The notes: generated by a model not told the origin, from the letters alone. Positions 32,193 through 44,103 are shown, numbered from the stretch's first letter. The stretch is 64,000 nucleotides of DNA from an uncultured Actinomycetes bacterium (GCA_963751665.1 CAVVVF010000009.1:107344-171343); one strand, 5' to 3'. Translations and numbers: made by a program.

Positions 32193-33612
32193 TCAAGAGC
32201 ATGTCGCGCCGACACACTTCCGCATGGCCGCGAGATCAGCCGCGAGAGGCCCCACGGACGGGTCGTTCCCCGGCGTACCGTCGTGGAGGAGATTCACCAG
32301 CTCCCACGGATCCGCGGTGAGGTCATAGTACTCGCGGAACACGACCGTCCCATCGGGTCGGTAGTACTGGATGTAGTGGTAGGTCCTCGTCCTGAGCGAG
32401 GCCCAGGTCGGCGGGTCGGTAGGCTTCGGACGCCAGTACTCCGTCAGGATCTGGTCCCTCCTCCACGTAGCGTCGAAGGAGCGACCGCCCATCCATGGGT
32501 GTCGCCGCATCCTGTGGTATGCCTGCGGCCGCGAGGATGGTCGGCGCGATGTCAATGTTCGCGACGAAGCGATCGTCCACCGACCCGGACCGCACGTGCC
32601 CCAGCCAGCGCATATAGAAGGGAACGCGGATGGAAGGGTCGTACGCGTGCATCTTCGCCCTGAGCCCGTGCTCGCCCCACAAGAAGCCGTTGTCGGATAG
32701 GAAGAAGGCCAGGGTGTGGTCGAGCTCGCCCGTCGCTGCAAGGGCTCGCAAGACCTTGGCAACGAGGTCGTCGACGGACATCAGGGTCCGGAGCTGCTTC
32801 GTGCGGGTGGCCAGGATGCCGCCCATCCCGGCCGGGGTGCTCCGCCGAAGGTACCGTGGCTTGTCGCTCCGATCGGATTCTCGGATGGCGGGGCTCGTGT
32901 GGAACGACGGCACCTGCGCATCGGAGTATGCGGGCTCTGGGACGGCTCGCAGATGCGGCGCGTACACGGCGAGCTCCAAGAACCAGGGCTGGGCATCGCT
33001 CGATTCCTGGTCGGTGATGTACCGCACCCCTTGCTCTGCGATGAAGTCGCTTGAGTACCGATCGACGGTGCGGAGGGTGCCCTCGACATTCCAGGTGCCG
33101 CCGTAATAGCCGCTCGAATGGTGGCTGGGCGAAGTGATCGCCCACCGATCGAAGTGCGGCGGGTTGTCGACCACGGGCCACAGGTTGAGGTACTTGCCGA
33201 ACAACGCCGTGCGGTACCCAGCGTCCTGGAGGTACCGCTGCACGGTCGTCCCCTGATCCAGCACGTCGGGGGCGTGCCTCGCGTTGCTCTGCACGCCATG
33301 GTTGTGCGCGTAGCGTCCGGTGAAGATCGATGAGCGGGACGGGCAGCAAAGAGGTGTCGTCGCGAAGGCGTGGGGGAACGTCGTCCCTTGGTCGGCGAAG
33401 CGTAGGAGGGTCGCCGGCATCACGTCCATCGTGCCGATCCGCTGATCATCGGTGAGGATGATGAGGACGTTCGGCTTGCCGGCAACGACGGCAGCCGGCC
33501 CTGCCGCCGACTCGGGGCTGGCGGCGGGGGTAACCGAGATCAGGGTGGCGATCACGACGGTGAGAACCACCGCGATCACCAATGCGCGCATCGCGGATCG
33601 CTTGCGGGCCAA
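32193..33612 (-). CDS. Secreted sulfatase (formylglycine type; frame change near 32480)
   Basis: ..ILTDDQ..PLCCPSRSSIFTGRY.. (CxPSR signature), ..FLSDNG... TM/signal at the N-terminus. Confidence 0.8.
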
Positions 33613-33832
33613 CGGATGGCGAAGTGGTCGCGCCCTCTGGCCGATCCGGCCGCACAGCGAGCATCCGGATCGTAGTGGGGGTCAGGATGAGCCTCATGTT
33701 CGATCGCCTCCGTCCTCTCGTGGCCCTCGCTGGGGCCTGGAGGCGACGCTAGGGACGGAGGTGTTGTGGGAAACCCGCGGGACTACGCGCGTTTGGTCGC
33801 GCGACTACCTAGGAATGCGGCGATGGCTCGAT

Positions 33833-36624
33833 CTAGTCGAAGAAGAGCGCGAGCTCCGTGCGTGAGCGGACGCCGAGCTTCGCATACGCGTGTGAGAGGT
33901 GGCCCTCGACCGTCCGAACGCTCATGAAGAGGGCATCGGCGATCTCGCGATTGGTCCTTCCGGCGGCAGCGAGCTTCGCCACGCGCGTCTCGGCCTCGGT
34001 GAGCTGCCCCGCGGCGGATCGTCGGCCACCGATCCGGGCGAGCTCAGCGCGAGCCTTGTCGGCCCACAACGGAGCACCGAGCCGCTCGAAGATCGCCAGG
34101 GCCTCCTCGAGCGCCTCCCGCGCGGGCCGCTTCTGTTTGGCACGGCGCCGGATCGTGCCCAGGACCAGCATCGTCCGGCCGAGCTCGAAGGGCATGGGCA
34201 GGCGCTCATGCTCCTTCAGCGCCCGGTCGAGAGAGGCGAAGGCGGTCTGGAAATCGCCATCTGCGGCGGCAAGCAGGCCGCGGTAGCGGGCTGCGACCGC
34301 GAGCGCCCACGGCCGGTCGAGGGCCTGGCCCCGTTCCTCGAGCCAGTCCAGGACTTCGACGGGCTTCGTCATGCTGGCCCAGTTCGATCAGGGCTTCGGC
34401 GTGATCGGCGACGAAGAAGAACATGGCCGGCTCCCCGATACCCCATCCGCGGTGGAGTTGCCACGCACGCGCGAGGTGTGTGTTCGCGCCGGCGGCACGC
34501 CCAAGCGAAAGCTCGACGAGCCCCAGCGTCGACCGTGCGACGATCTCCGTAAATCGGTATCAGCTTCGACTAGGGATTTAGCAACCTGTTCGGCACCTGC
34601 CGTGGCGGTTTCGATGTCGCCCACGTAAGCTTCCAGGTCTCCCATCTGACCCAGCAGCGTGTCGTCCGGGCGCGACGCCCGAGCGTCGACTGGCGAATGG
34701 TGCGTCCGAGCGAAGCTTCCCAGTTGCCCGCAGCAAGTTCTATCCGACCCAACTCGATTGTGCAGCCTCGGCGATCGAATCTTCGACTCCCATCGCGTTC
34801 GCATCGTCCAGGAGTGCGAGCGCAGATTTCCCTGGCCTCGTCGAGATCCCCTGCCCAAAGACGTCTGGTAAGCGCGGTCCGCGCGTGGTCGGCCGCCGAC
34901 GAAGAACTGGCTTGGATGCTTCCCTCCAACATCAAGGCGCGCTCCATAAGACTTGCCGAGATCTTCTTGCCGAGCGCCGCTTGCATCGCAGATCATGGTG
35001 CTGAGCGCTTCGAACGAGCGAGGGTGGGTCTGCATCGAGCTCTGCTAGCTCGAGGGCTTCTCTCGCGTGCCGCTCCGCCTCTTGGAGGTCGCCCCAACCA
35101 CCACACGGCCCAGCGCCCGACATGCGTGGATCACCACTGAGTACCTTCCTTGGGACACCACCCTCGCATGAGGGCGTCCGCGAACGCATTCGACGCTCCA
35201 CGGTCGTCGTCTAGGCGTTGGAGGACCCGGCCGAGGACGCAAAGAGCGCGTCCGCTCGTTCCGGACCGGGTTGAGCATCCATCACGACCGGCTTGAGGAG
35301 TTGCTGCGCGCGTTGAGCGTCGCCAGCAAGGAGAAGGTAGTTTGCGGCTGACATCTTCAAGCGCCGCACGGCGGATACCTCCTCGAAAGGCGTGAGCCGC
35401 ACGGCCAACTCACAGAGCTCGGAGGCCGCAATGGGCGAACCTCGCAGCGACCGCTGCCTGAGCTGCGACTTCGAGGGCGGCGGCCGCTTCCGGGTCTGGA
35501 TCATCCGTGCCCAGTGCGAGGTGCCGGGCGCGTTCCTCCGGATCTTCGATAACCTCCGCGAGCTGTCGATGGACTCGGTGCCGATGCTCGCGAGATGCTT
35601 CAGCGTAGATCGCTGAGCCGTACAAGGGGTGCGTGAAGCTCACCCCGTCACCGTCGATTTCCACGATGCCCGCATCCACCGCTTTCGTTAGATGCCCGGC
35701 CACATCCGTGGATCCAGCCACCGCCTCGAGCAGTTCGACGGTTGGTCGCGAGCAGGCCGACGCGTACAGCAATATCTCGCGGTTGGAGGAGGGAAGAGCT
35801 CTCAGCCGGTCGCGGAGTAGGTCTTCCCGCAGTGTCTGCGGGACGGGAAGCGCCGCCCCTGTGGGGCGCAGCTCCCCCCGCAGTTCAGCTCGGGCGATCT
35901 CGAGGGCGAAGAACGGATTGCCGCCCGACATCTCGTGCAGGCGCTTGAGGGTCGGACGGGGGAGGCTGGCGCCGAGTCGGGCGTGCAACAGCACGCCCAG
36001 GTCGTCGACGGACAGCGGCTCCAGACGGATCCGAGCGATTCGGTCCTCGGGGAACGCCCGAGACAGTCCGAACGGAAGCGCCGCTCCGGCTTCGCGCCTC
36101 GCAAGGAGGAGCCCGATCGGCTCGCTCTCCAGCCGGCGGACCGCGAACCCCAGCGCTGAGGCGGTGGAGGGATCGAGCCACTGCACGTCGTCGAGCGCGA
36201 TGAGCACGGGACCCGCAGCCGCTGCCTCACGAAGCGCGGTCAGCACGGCCGCGGAGACGGCTCGCGCGTCGGATGACGAGCCCTCCTCGGGCCCGGCCCT
36301 GAGCAGTGCCACCTCGAGGGCGTTCCGCTGGGGGTCGGGGAGGGCCTGGATCACGTCGTCGGATGCTTCGAGCAGGTCGGCCAGGCCGGCGTACGAGAGC
36401 TTGGCCTCGGACTCGGCGGGCCGGGTGGAAAGCACGCGCCAACCGCGCTCGGCCGCGGCGGCCACGCCCCGTTTCCACAGGGTCGTCTTCCCGATCCCGG
36501 ACTCGCCCTCGAGCAGGAGGACGGCCGGGCCGTGGGCGACATCGTCCATGAAGGCGTCGAGCCGGGAGAGCTCGTTCCCCCTCCCGACGACGCGGTCCGC
36601 GCCCGAGGACGAGACTGGAGTCAT
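33833..36624 (-). CDS. LAL-type regulator (AAA/NACHT-like ATPase + TPR-like middle + LuxR HTH), multiple frame changes
   Basis: N-terminal Walker A GESGIGKTTL and ..LIALDDVQWLD... C-terminal ..LTEAETRVAKLAAAGRTNREIADALFMSVRTVEGHLSHAYAKLGV... The 34.4-35.5 kb middle is recoverable only piecewise from three frames. Confidence 0.7.
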
Positions 36625-36713
36625 CGCGGAACCGGCCTCATGCTGGCCCGAGGGTTTCTCGCGGTCAACCCGCCCCTATCCGGGCCTGTCGCCGGAGTGT
36701 TACAACCGGCCCC

Positions 36714-38902
36714 ATGGGAGTCGATCCCCGGGTCGGAACCGAGTTGGCCGGCCACCGGATCCTTTCGGTCATCGGCCGCGGGGGCATGGCCGTCGTATAC
36801 CTGGCCGAGCACCTCCGCCTGGGCCGCAAAGTAGCCCTGAAGGTGTTGGATCCCGAGATGGGCGAGGACGAGGACTTCCGAGAGCGGTTCATCCGGGAGT
36901 CCCGGATCGCCGCCGGCCTGGACCACCCCAACGTGGTCACCGTCTACGACGCCGGGGAAGCGGACGGGGTCCTGTACCTGTCCATGCGGTACGTGGAAGG
37001 GACGGACCTCGAGCGGCTGCTCCGAGGCGTGACCAAGCTGGAGCCGCCCCGAGCTGTGTCGATCATCTCCCAATGCGCCGCAGCCCTGGACGCCGCCCAT
37101 GCCGAGGGCCTGGTCCACCGGGACGTGAAGCCGGCGAACATCCTGCTCTCCTCGGAGGGGAGGACGCCCAGCGATCGGGTATACCTCTCGGACTTCGGGG
37201 TGACGAAGCGCCTGCACTCGGGGGCGGGGCTCACCCGAACCGGCCAGTTCGTCGGCACCGTGGACTACGTGGCGCCGGAGCAGATCCGGGGGAAAGACGT
37301 GGACGGCCGGGCCGACGTCTACTCGCTCGGGTGCGTCCTGTTCCGGTGCCTGACTGGCGGTGTGCCGTTCCCTCGTGAGACCGAGGTGGGGACGATCTAC
37401 GCGCACCTCGAGGACGACCCACCCTCCGTGAGCGAGCTCTTGCCCGCGCTCGCGGATGTGGGCGACGTGGTCGCGCGGGCGATGGCCAAGTCCAAGGACG
37501 ATCGCTTCGCGACATGCCGCGAGTTCGCGGTCGCTGCCGGACGCGCGACCGGCGCTCCTGCTCCGGCGCTACCGCCCGCCCGCGCTCCTGAGGGTGCGCG
37601 ACCGGGGACGCGATCGCGCGCGAGACAGGCCCGCCGACGACGCGTCGCGGTGGTCTCGGGCGCGGTCGTCACCGGCGTCGCAGTGCTGATGGGCGCGGCC
37701 CTGCTCTTCGGATTATTCCGCCACCCTCCCGAGAGGGGTGGACCGACTGGCCCCGGGGATCCCCTTCAGTATCGGTTGCACCCCTCAAGCTCTCGTGGAT
37801 CCCCGTCCCGGACGTCCGCAACGTCCTGGGCGGCCCCCTGAACCAAGCGCTGTCGGCGGCGACCAAGGTGGATGGAACGCTCGTGGCCGTCGGTCACGAT
37901 GAGTCGGGAGGCACCGACGACGCGGCCGTCTGGACCTCGTCGAACGCGACCCGATGGGAACGGGTCCCAAGCGATGCCTTCGTGAACAGCGGCGAGGAGC
38001 ACATGGATGGGATCGCAGTGCTGGATGGTCTGTTGGTTGCGGTCGGGGCGGAGGTCATCGGGGGTGACACCGACGCCGCCGCGTGGACGTCCTCGGACGA
38101 CGGCTCGAGGTGGCACCGGGTCGACTCCCCGACGAGCGGGCTGCATGACCTCGGCAACCAATTGATGCATCGAGTCGTGCGCGGGCCCGAGGGTCTGGTG
38201 GCCGTGGGTCACGTGGTCACCACTGAGAGCATCGACGCGAGGGTATGGAAGTCCGGCGACGGGATGGACTGGACCAGCCTCACCACTGCCTCCTTCAGTG
38301 GCCCCGGCCACGAGGAGATGCTCGACGCCGCGGCCATGGGAGCCGAGGTGTTCGCGGTGGGCTTCGTGACCACCGACGCGGGCGATCGCGATGCGGCCAT
38401 ATGGGTCGAGTCGGGAGGCGGATGGTCCATGGTCGACCAGGACTCACTCCGTGGTTCGGGGAACCAGCAGATCAACGCGGTCCTGCGGGCCGGGCCGGGC
38501 CTGGTGGCGGTGGGAACCGACGATGCAGGCGGCGATAGGACGCGGCGGTGTGGACCTCGACGGACGGTCGGATCTGGACCCGGGTCCCTCACGTGGAGGA
38601 CACATTCGGTGGACGCGGAGCGCAGTGGATGTCATCGCTATGCGTCTTCGACAAGAGCATCATCGCCGCGGGATACTCCGAGACCGCCGCCGGCGACTCC
38701 AACGGCGCGATCTGGCTCTCGACGGACGGCACGAACTGGACGAGACAAGGTCCCGTCGCGTCGTCACCCCTCGGGGGCCAGGGGCGGCAGCGGATCAACG
38801 GCCTCGTCGTGCTGGGGACAGAAGCTCATCGCCGTCGGTTCGGAGACCAGGGCGTTCGACGACCAGGGGGCCGTGTGGATCGGCAAGGTGAAGACGGGCT
38901 AG
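36714..38902 (+). CDS. Ser/Thr protein kinase with TM segment and extracytoplasmic Asp-box beta-propeller (about 3 frame changes)
   Basis: GRGGMAVVY, VALK, HRDVKPANILL, DFG, VAPE. TM VAVVSGAVVTGVAVLMGAALLFGL. Repeats AAVWTSSNATRWERV / AAAWTSSDDGSRWHRV / ARVWKSGDGMDWTSL / AAVWTSTDGRIWTRV / GAIWLSTDGTNWTRQ. Confidence 0.75.
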
Positions 38903-38935
38903 TCGCGAGCAGGCACGCCGCCGGGACCGGCCTGA

Positions 38936-40972
38936 TCAGGCGAAGCCGATCTTCGTCACGAACGCATCGCGGTCGCCCTTGTTGACCTCTCCCTCGAACG
39001 CCCCGTGGGTCTCGCCGGCCACGTAGGCGGCCTCCGCGCTCGCGGCGAGGGCCGATCCAGTGTCGAAGTCGCCCGTCCCGAACTGGGTCGTCCACAGTTG
39101 CACGCCACGGGCGTTGTACTTGGCCAGGAACGCGTCGGTCTCGCCGAGCAGGGTCTGGTCGGGGATGGCTCCGTCGGTCGAGCCGGCGACGAAGATCCCG
39201 TCGGCCGTCACGTCCACCCCGTGGACGTCGTCGGTCCCCTGTGAGCCGAACTGCCGCGTCCACACCTCGTTGCCGCGGTGGTCAAGGCGCCGGACGAACC
39301 CGTCGATCCCTCCCTGCGCCACCTGCTCCGGGAACGTCCCGTCGGTGGAGCCCGAGACGTAGATCGCCGAGGGCCCGGCGGCAACGCCCCGGATCCCGTC
39401 CGTGCCGGTGGTGCCGAACTCGGACACCCACCGCTTGGCCCCGTTCGGCCGGTACGCCGTGACGAACGCGTCGAGCCCTCCGGCGCTCGCGTGCTCGAAC
39501 GCCCCGTCGGTCGAGCCTGCGACGTACACGCCGAGGAAGTCCACGGCGACGGCGCGGACATCGTCGGTGAGCGTTGTCCCCACCTGCTTCGTCCACAGCT
39601 CAGTGCCCGTCTGACTGTACTTTCGAACGAAGCCGTCCACGCCTCCCCGACGGGTGTCGCCGAGCCTGCCGTCGGTGGTGCCGGCGACGTACACACCCCC
39701 GGCGTTCACGGCCACGGCCAGGGCCCGGTCGTCCCCGGTCGAGCCGAACTCGCGGGTCCACAGGACGTCGCCCCGGAGGCTGTAGGCCCGGACGAAAGCG
39801 TCGATGCCCGCCCGATGCTTCTGCCCGTGGAGAGCCCGATCGGTGGAGCCGGCCACGAAGATGGTGCTCCCGGTCGCGGCGACGGCGAACGCCTGGTCGA
39901 TCCCGGATGTGCCGAACTCGTCGGTCCACAGCTCTCGGCCCTTCGAGCCGTACGCCCGGACGAAGGCATCGGTCCGGGCTCGGAAGTCCTGGCCGGGGAG
40001 GGCAAGGTTCGTGGACCCCACGACGAAGACCCGGTCGGCCGCCTCGGCCAGCCCCAGGGCCAGGTCATAGCGCAGGGTCCCGAACTCCTCGGTCCATTCG
40101 GGCTTGGGTGCTGGCGTGACCGAGCCGCAGCCAACGTGGGCCACCAGGCAGTCCGCCACGAGCTGGTCCAGCCTGGGCTGCTGCCAGGTGTTCCAGAAGT
40201 CCGCGTGCAGGGTGTAGTAGGCGCCGCTCGAGAGCGTGAGGCCGACGGTCCCGTCCGGGTTCAGCGGGTTCATCACCCCGAAGTGGATCCGCTCGCTGAC
40301 CCTCGCCAGCACGTGGTCGAAGCCCGAGGGACACGCTCCTCCGACCGGGTAGACGACGTTGGAGGGCTCGAGGCCGACGCCGTCCCAGCAGTTGGGGAGG
40401 TCCACCACCCCGACCACGCCATCGACGAACCGGTACTGCGCCCACGGCCCGCAGTCGTACGGTGCATCCATCTTCGGCGTCTTCACCGAGACCGTCTCTC
40501 CGCAGTACCAGAACACGTGAGGGTTCTCGGCCGGGGAGAGGGCATCTTTGTTGCCCCCGATCACCTTCAGGCCCTGGGGGATCGTCTCGACCGCGACGTC
40601 CTTCACCCCCAGGTAATAGATGCGCATCACCGGCGGCTTGATGGTCACGCCGCCGACGGACGCCGTGGGGGACCAGTACCCCGCGGTGTCGCTGGGGATC
40701 CGGCAATTCGTGGCCCCGGCGAGCATCGACGCCTGCGTGGAATTGGCGTTCGTCGTCTTGTTGCCGAAGAAGTCGTGCATGTGGGAGGCACCGGGCTGGC
40801 CGGGGAAGACGATGGGATCGTCCATGGCCGCGTGCGAGAAGCGGCACCGGACCCAGAACTGGCCCGCCGGCTCGTCGGCCCCGGCCCCTGACGGGACGAG
40901 CGCCGCGAGCACCGCGAGCATCGCGATCGAGGCAAGACGGCGAGAACGCGGTCCGATCGGCTTCCTTCGCAC
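38936..40972 (-). CDS. Secreted DUF1996 domain protein with about 8 C-terminal SBBP-type beta-propeller repeats
   Basis: GTG at 40972 after GAGGGGG. Signal peptide. ..FWVRCRFSHAAMDDPIVFPGQPGASHMHDFFGN.. (DUF1996). The repeat unit is DAFV..Y...G...WT..FG..G.D......(V/A)...G.YVAG.TDG. Confidence 0.7.
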   Translation of the reverse strand: MRRKPIGPRSRRLASIAMLAVLAALVPSGAGADEPAGQFWVRCRFSHAAMDDPIVFPGQPGASHMHDFFGNKTTNANSTQASMLAGATNCRIPSDTAGYWSPTASVGGVTIKPPVMRIYYLGVKDVAVETIPQGLKVIGGNKDALSPAENPHVFWYCGETVSVKTPKMDAPYDCGPWAQYRFVDGVVGVVDLPNCWDGVGLEPSNVVYPVGGACPSGFDHVLARVSERIHFGVMNPLNPDGTVGLTLSSGAYYTLHADFWNTWQQPRLDQLVADCLVAHVGCGSVTPAPKPEWTEEFGTLRYDLALGLAEAADRVFVVGSTNLALPGQDFRARTDAFVRAYGSKGRELWTDEFGTSGIDQAFAVAATGSTIFVAGSTDRALHGQKHRAGIDAFVRAYSLRGDVLWTREFGSTGDDRALAVAVNAGGVYVAGTTDGRLGDTRRGGVDGFVRKYSQTGTELWTKQVGTTLTDDVRAVAVDFLGVYVAGSTDGAFEHASAGGLDAFVTAYRPNGAKRWVSEFGTTGTDGIRGVAAGPSAIYVSGSTDGTFPEQVAQGGIDGFVRRLDHRGNEVWTRQFGSQGTDDVHGVDVTADGIFVAGSTDGAIPDQTLLGETDAFLAKYNARGVQLWTTQFGTGDFDTGSALAASAEAAYVAGETHGAFEGEVNKGDRDAFVTKIGFA

Positions 40973-41098
40973 CGCACCCCCTCGAATCAGGCCCTTCCGA
41001 TCAGGCGCCGGTCGGGCGCCCAGATCGCGGACCTGGCCAGCATAGACAAGGCCTCGGCGGTGGCAAGCATCCCCGCCGAGTCTAGGTACGATCGCGTA

Positions 41099-41837
41099 GT
41101 GACGCGACCGATCAGGGCGGCGCTGGCGTTCGTGGCGTGCACGGCGCTCCTCGTTCCGGGCCCCCAGGCGCTGGGTTCCGCAGGGCAGCATGCAGCCCGG
41201 CTCGTCGACCCGTCCTCGCTGAAGCCCACCATCGTGTGGAAGAAGATCCCGTTCGGCGCGCAGCGCAAGCGGCAGATGGCGGCGTACTCGAAGCGGCATT
41301 ACGGCGAGCGCACGTGGGAGCTCACCGACCCCCACGTGGTGGTTGAGCACTACACGGACGGGCCGTCGTTCTCGAGCGCGTGGAACACCTTCGCCGCGAA
41401 CAGCCTGCACCTGGGCGAGATGCCCGGCGTGTGCTCGCACTTCATCGTCGACACCGACGGCACCATCTACCAGCTCGTGAACTTGGGGATCCGATGCCGG
41501 CACGCCATCGGGATGAACTGGACGGCCATCGGCATCGAGATGGTCGGGACGAGCGACCGGGAGATCCTCGACCGCATGCCGCAGCTCCGAGCCGCGCTCA
41601 AGCTGACGCTATGGCTGCTTGCCAAGTTCGGGATCGAGGTCCGAAACGTGATCGGGCACGCCGAGACCCTGATGAGCCCCTATCACCACGAGCTGTATCC
41701 GTCGTGGCGGTGTCTGACCCACAGCGACTGGCAGCACCGCGGACATGCGGATCTTCCGGCGGAAGCTGAAGCGGATGGCCAACCAGGCCGGGGTGCCGAT
41801 CGGCCCGCGGCCGCAGTGGGTCGACCCGAACTGCTGA
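41099..41837 (+). CDS. N-acetylmuramoyl-L-alanine amidase (Amidase_2/PGRP type; frame change near 41745)
   Basis: Signal peptide. ..VVVEHYTDGPSF..CSHFIVDTDGTIYQLV..HAIGMNWTAIGIEMVG..VIGHAE... Confidence 0.7.
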
Positions 41838-41854
41838 GAGAGCGAAACGAGAGA

Positions 41855-41890
41855 CGAGCCTCGGGACGCACGGGTGCGTCCCGAGGCTCG
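41855..41890. terminator. 16-bp perfect hairpin between convergent genes
   Basis: CGAGCCTCGGGACGCA cggg TGCGTCCCGAGGCTCG. No clear U-tract on either side. Confidence 0.4.
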
Positions 41891-41912
41891 CCCTCTCGAT
41901 GGAACCCGCTCG

Positions 41913-42405
41913 TCAGGCGCCGGTGCCGATCTCCTTGGCGCTCTGCTCCATCCGGTCGCCGGCCTCCTCGACGCGTTCGCCGGCCTTCTGGATCTTGCGG
42001 CCGGTGTGCTCGACGACGTCGCCCGTCTTGTAGCCGGCCTCAGAGGCCTTCTCGGTGCCCTGTGCGGCCATCTCGTCCATCTGGCCGCGCATCTCGTTGA
42101 TCCACCCCTTGACCCGGTCGAAGGCCCCGGTGCGGGTGCCGACGGCGTAGATCGCGCCGGCCGCGAGGAGCAGCCGGAACACGCGGAACCGGCGCTTCTT
42201 GGGCTCCTCCACCGTGAACTGCGGCCTTCTCCAGCAAGTCCATGACGCGCTGACGCTCGGAGCGGTTCTCCTCGAGCTCGTCGCGGAGCACGCGGTTCTC
42301 CGCCTTCAGCTGCTCGTTCTGGGACTCGGCCCGATCGGCCTTCATCTCCATCATGCGCTGCCTGGCTCCGCTGCGCACGCGTTCCATCCTGCCCGTGATG
42401 TCCAT
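41913..42405 (-). CDS. Coiled-coil / single-TM / YtxH-like small protein (frame change near 42225)
   Basis: MDITGRMERVRSGARQRMMEMKADRAESQNEQLKAENRVLRDELEE.. joins ..EEPKKRRFRVFRLLLAAGAIYAVG..GWINEMRGQMDEMAAQG... Confidence 0.45.
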
Positions 42406-42536
42406 GATCGCCCTCCTTAAGGAGACGTCCCGTCCTCCCTACCGTACCCCTTGGGGCCTGCTTCTACCCATCGGTTTCCACAGGCTGGGGCACGGGTACA
42501 GGACGCACACAGACCGCCAAGAAAAGGGGAGACGAG

Positions 42537-42986
42537 ATGCCCGACCAGCGGGACGAGGTGCCAGACCACCAGAGCAAGCACCGACGGCCCACGTTCGATC
42601 GGTTCGCCACCCTGGCCGCCCGATGGATGGGTCATGGCCTCACGTTCGGGGTCGCGGTCCTGTTGACGCTCGCCTGGGCGCTCTCCGGACCCATCTTCCA
42701 TTTCTCCAATGCTTGGCAGCTGATCATCAATACGACCACCACGGTCCTCACCTTCCTCATGGTCTTCCTCATCCAGAACACGCTGAACCGGGATTCGGCC
42801 GCCATCCACGTGAAGCTCGACGAGCTGATCCACGTCACGGAGCAAGCCCGGGATCAGTTGGTCGGGGTCGAGCACCTCGGGGACAAGGAGCTCGAACGAC
42901 TCCGTCAGGCCCAAGAGGATGGTGCGGTCTCCGAGGTCTCGAACGACCGGTCGCGGGTGACGACCCCTCGTCAGTTCACGGCCTGA
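42537..42986 (+). CDS. Low-affinity iron permease (Fet4-like) family protein
   Basis: ..FDRFATLAA..GPIFHFSNAWQLIINTTTTVLTFLMVFLIQNTLNRDSAAIHVKLDELI... Confidence 0.7.
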   Translation: MPDQRDEVPDHQSKHRRPTFDRFATLAARWMGHGLTFGVAVLLTLAWALSGPIFHFSNAWQLIINTTTTVLTFLMVFLIQNTLNRDSAAIHVKLDELIHVTEQARDQLVGVEHLGDKELERLRQAQEDGAVSEVSNDRSRVTTPRQFTA

Positions 42987-44103
42987 GCCGGTAGAAGCGC
43001 AGGAAGTCGTGCTCGACCTGGTCGAGGATCTCGACCTCCTCGAACCCCGCCTCGCCGGCGTACCGCCGGAACGTGTCGGGACGCATCACGGTACCCGTCC
43101 CCACTGAATGCTCCTCCGACAACCCGGCCGGAAGGCACACCAGGAAGCTGAACCCGTACATCAGCCGTTCAACCGGGTCACCGGGGGCGGTGAACGACTC
43201 CGCCACCTTCTCGTCGGCCACGATAGGGTCCCCGGGAGCCAGGCTGTCCCGGATCGCCGCGAGCACCTCGACCGGCCGGGCCATGTCGTGGATCGACTCG
43301 ATCACGATGGCCAGGTCGTACGGCCCTCGTTCCCGAGGGTGGCACCGTCGCGGACCTCGAACCGGACCCGGTCGCTCACCCCGGCCTCTTGGGCGAGTCC
43401 CCGCGCGATCTCGACGGAGGACTCGTCCGGGTCGAAACCGTCCACCCTCACCGTGGGATAGGCCCGGGCGATGGCGATGGAGGCCCAGCCCACGCCGCAA
43501 GCCACATCGGCCACGCGGGCCGGTGGGTCGGACTGGAGACGCTCGTGGACGTCGGGGATCGACGGCAGGTACTCGGTCCCCAAGAGGCTCAGGATCCACG
43601 GCCGGTTGAAGTCTCCCTGCGACTCGATCATGTCCGGACCGAAGGCGGACCACGGAACGCCCCCTCCGTTCGCGAACGCGTCCATCAGCTGGGGAGCCGC
43701 CTGGATCGCCGCCACGAAGGCCCGGGCCAGCGGCGTGATGGAGAACATGCTGTCCAGGTCGATCAGGGCCTCGGCATGGGCCGGGAGGAAGCGAGTACCT
43801 TCGCTCGCCCTCCGGCTTCGCCTGGTCGTCGACCTCCAGGATGCCCGTCACCGCCTGCTGCTCCAGCCACTCGCGAGCGTACCGCTCGTGGATGCCGGCC
43901 CGGGACGCGAGCTCCGCAGGTGTCGATGCACCGGAATCGGCAAGCGCCCGATAGAGCCCCAGGCGGTCACCGAGGTACACGGCGACCATGTCAACGGCGC
44001 CCAATGCGGCCTCGAACAGCCGCTCGACCAGAGCCGCGGTCCTCTCCTCGTCCATGCTCACGGGCGAAGCTTCGGTCGGATCAGTCGTGCTTTCCATCGT
44101 CAT
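42976..44103 (-). CDS. Class I SAM-dependent methyltransferase with N-terminal winged-helix domain (about 2 frame changes)
   Basis: ..YLGDRLGLYRALADSGASTPAELASRAGIHERYAREWLEQQ.. / ..VADVACGVGWASIAIA.. (motif I) / ..YDLAIVIESIHDM... Confidence 0.7.
   Translation of the reverse strand: MTMESTTDPTEASPVSMDEERTAALVERLFEAALGAVDMVAVYLGDRLGLYRALADSGASTPAELASRAGIHERYAREWLEQQAVTGILEVDDQAKPEGERRYSLPPGPCRGPDRPGQHVLHHAAGPGLRGGDPGGSPADGRVRERRGRSVVRLRSGHDRVAGRLQPAVDPEPLGDRVPAVDPRRPRASPVRPTGPRGRCGLRRGLGLHRHRPGLSHGEGGRFRPGRVLRRDRAGTRPRGRGERPGPVRGPRRCHPRERGPYDLAIVIESIHDMARPVEVLAAIRDSLAPGDPIVADEKVAESFTAPGDPVERLMYGFSFLVCLPAGLSEEHSVGTGTVMRPDTFRRYAGEAGFEEVEILDQVEHDFLRFYRLRP

Noticed and set aside
41913-42405. Two separate small genes (42040-42405 and 41913-42212) as a toxin-antitoxin-like pair.
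   Set aside because: The two ORFs overlap extensively out of frame. With one frame change they join into a single coiled-coil/TM/YtxH-like protein, and there are no TA family motifs.
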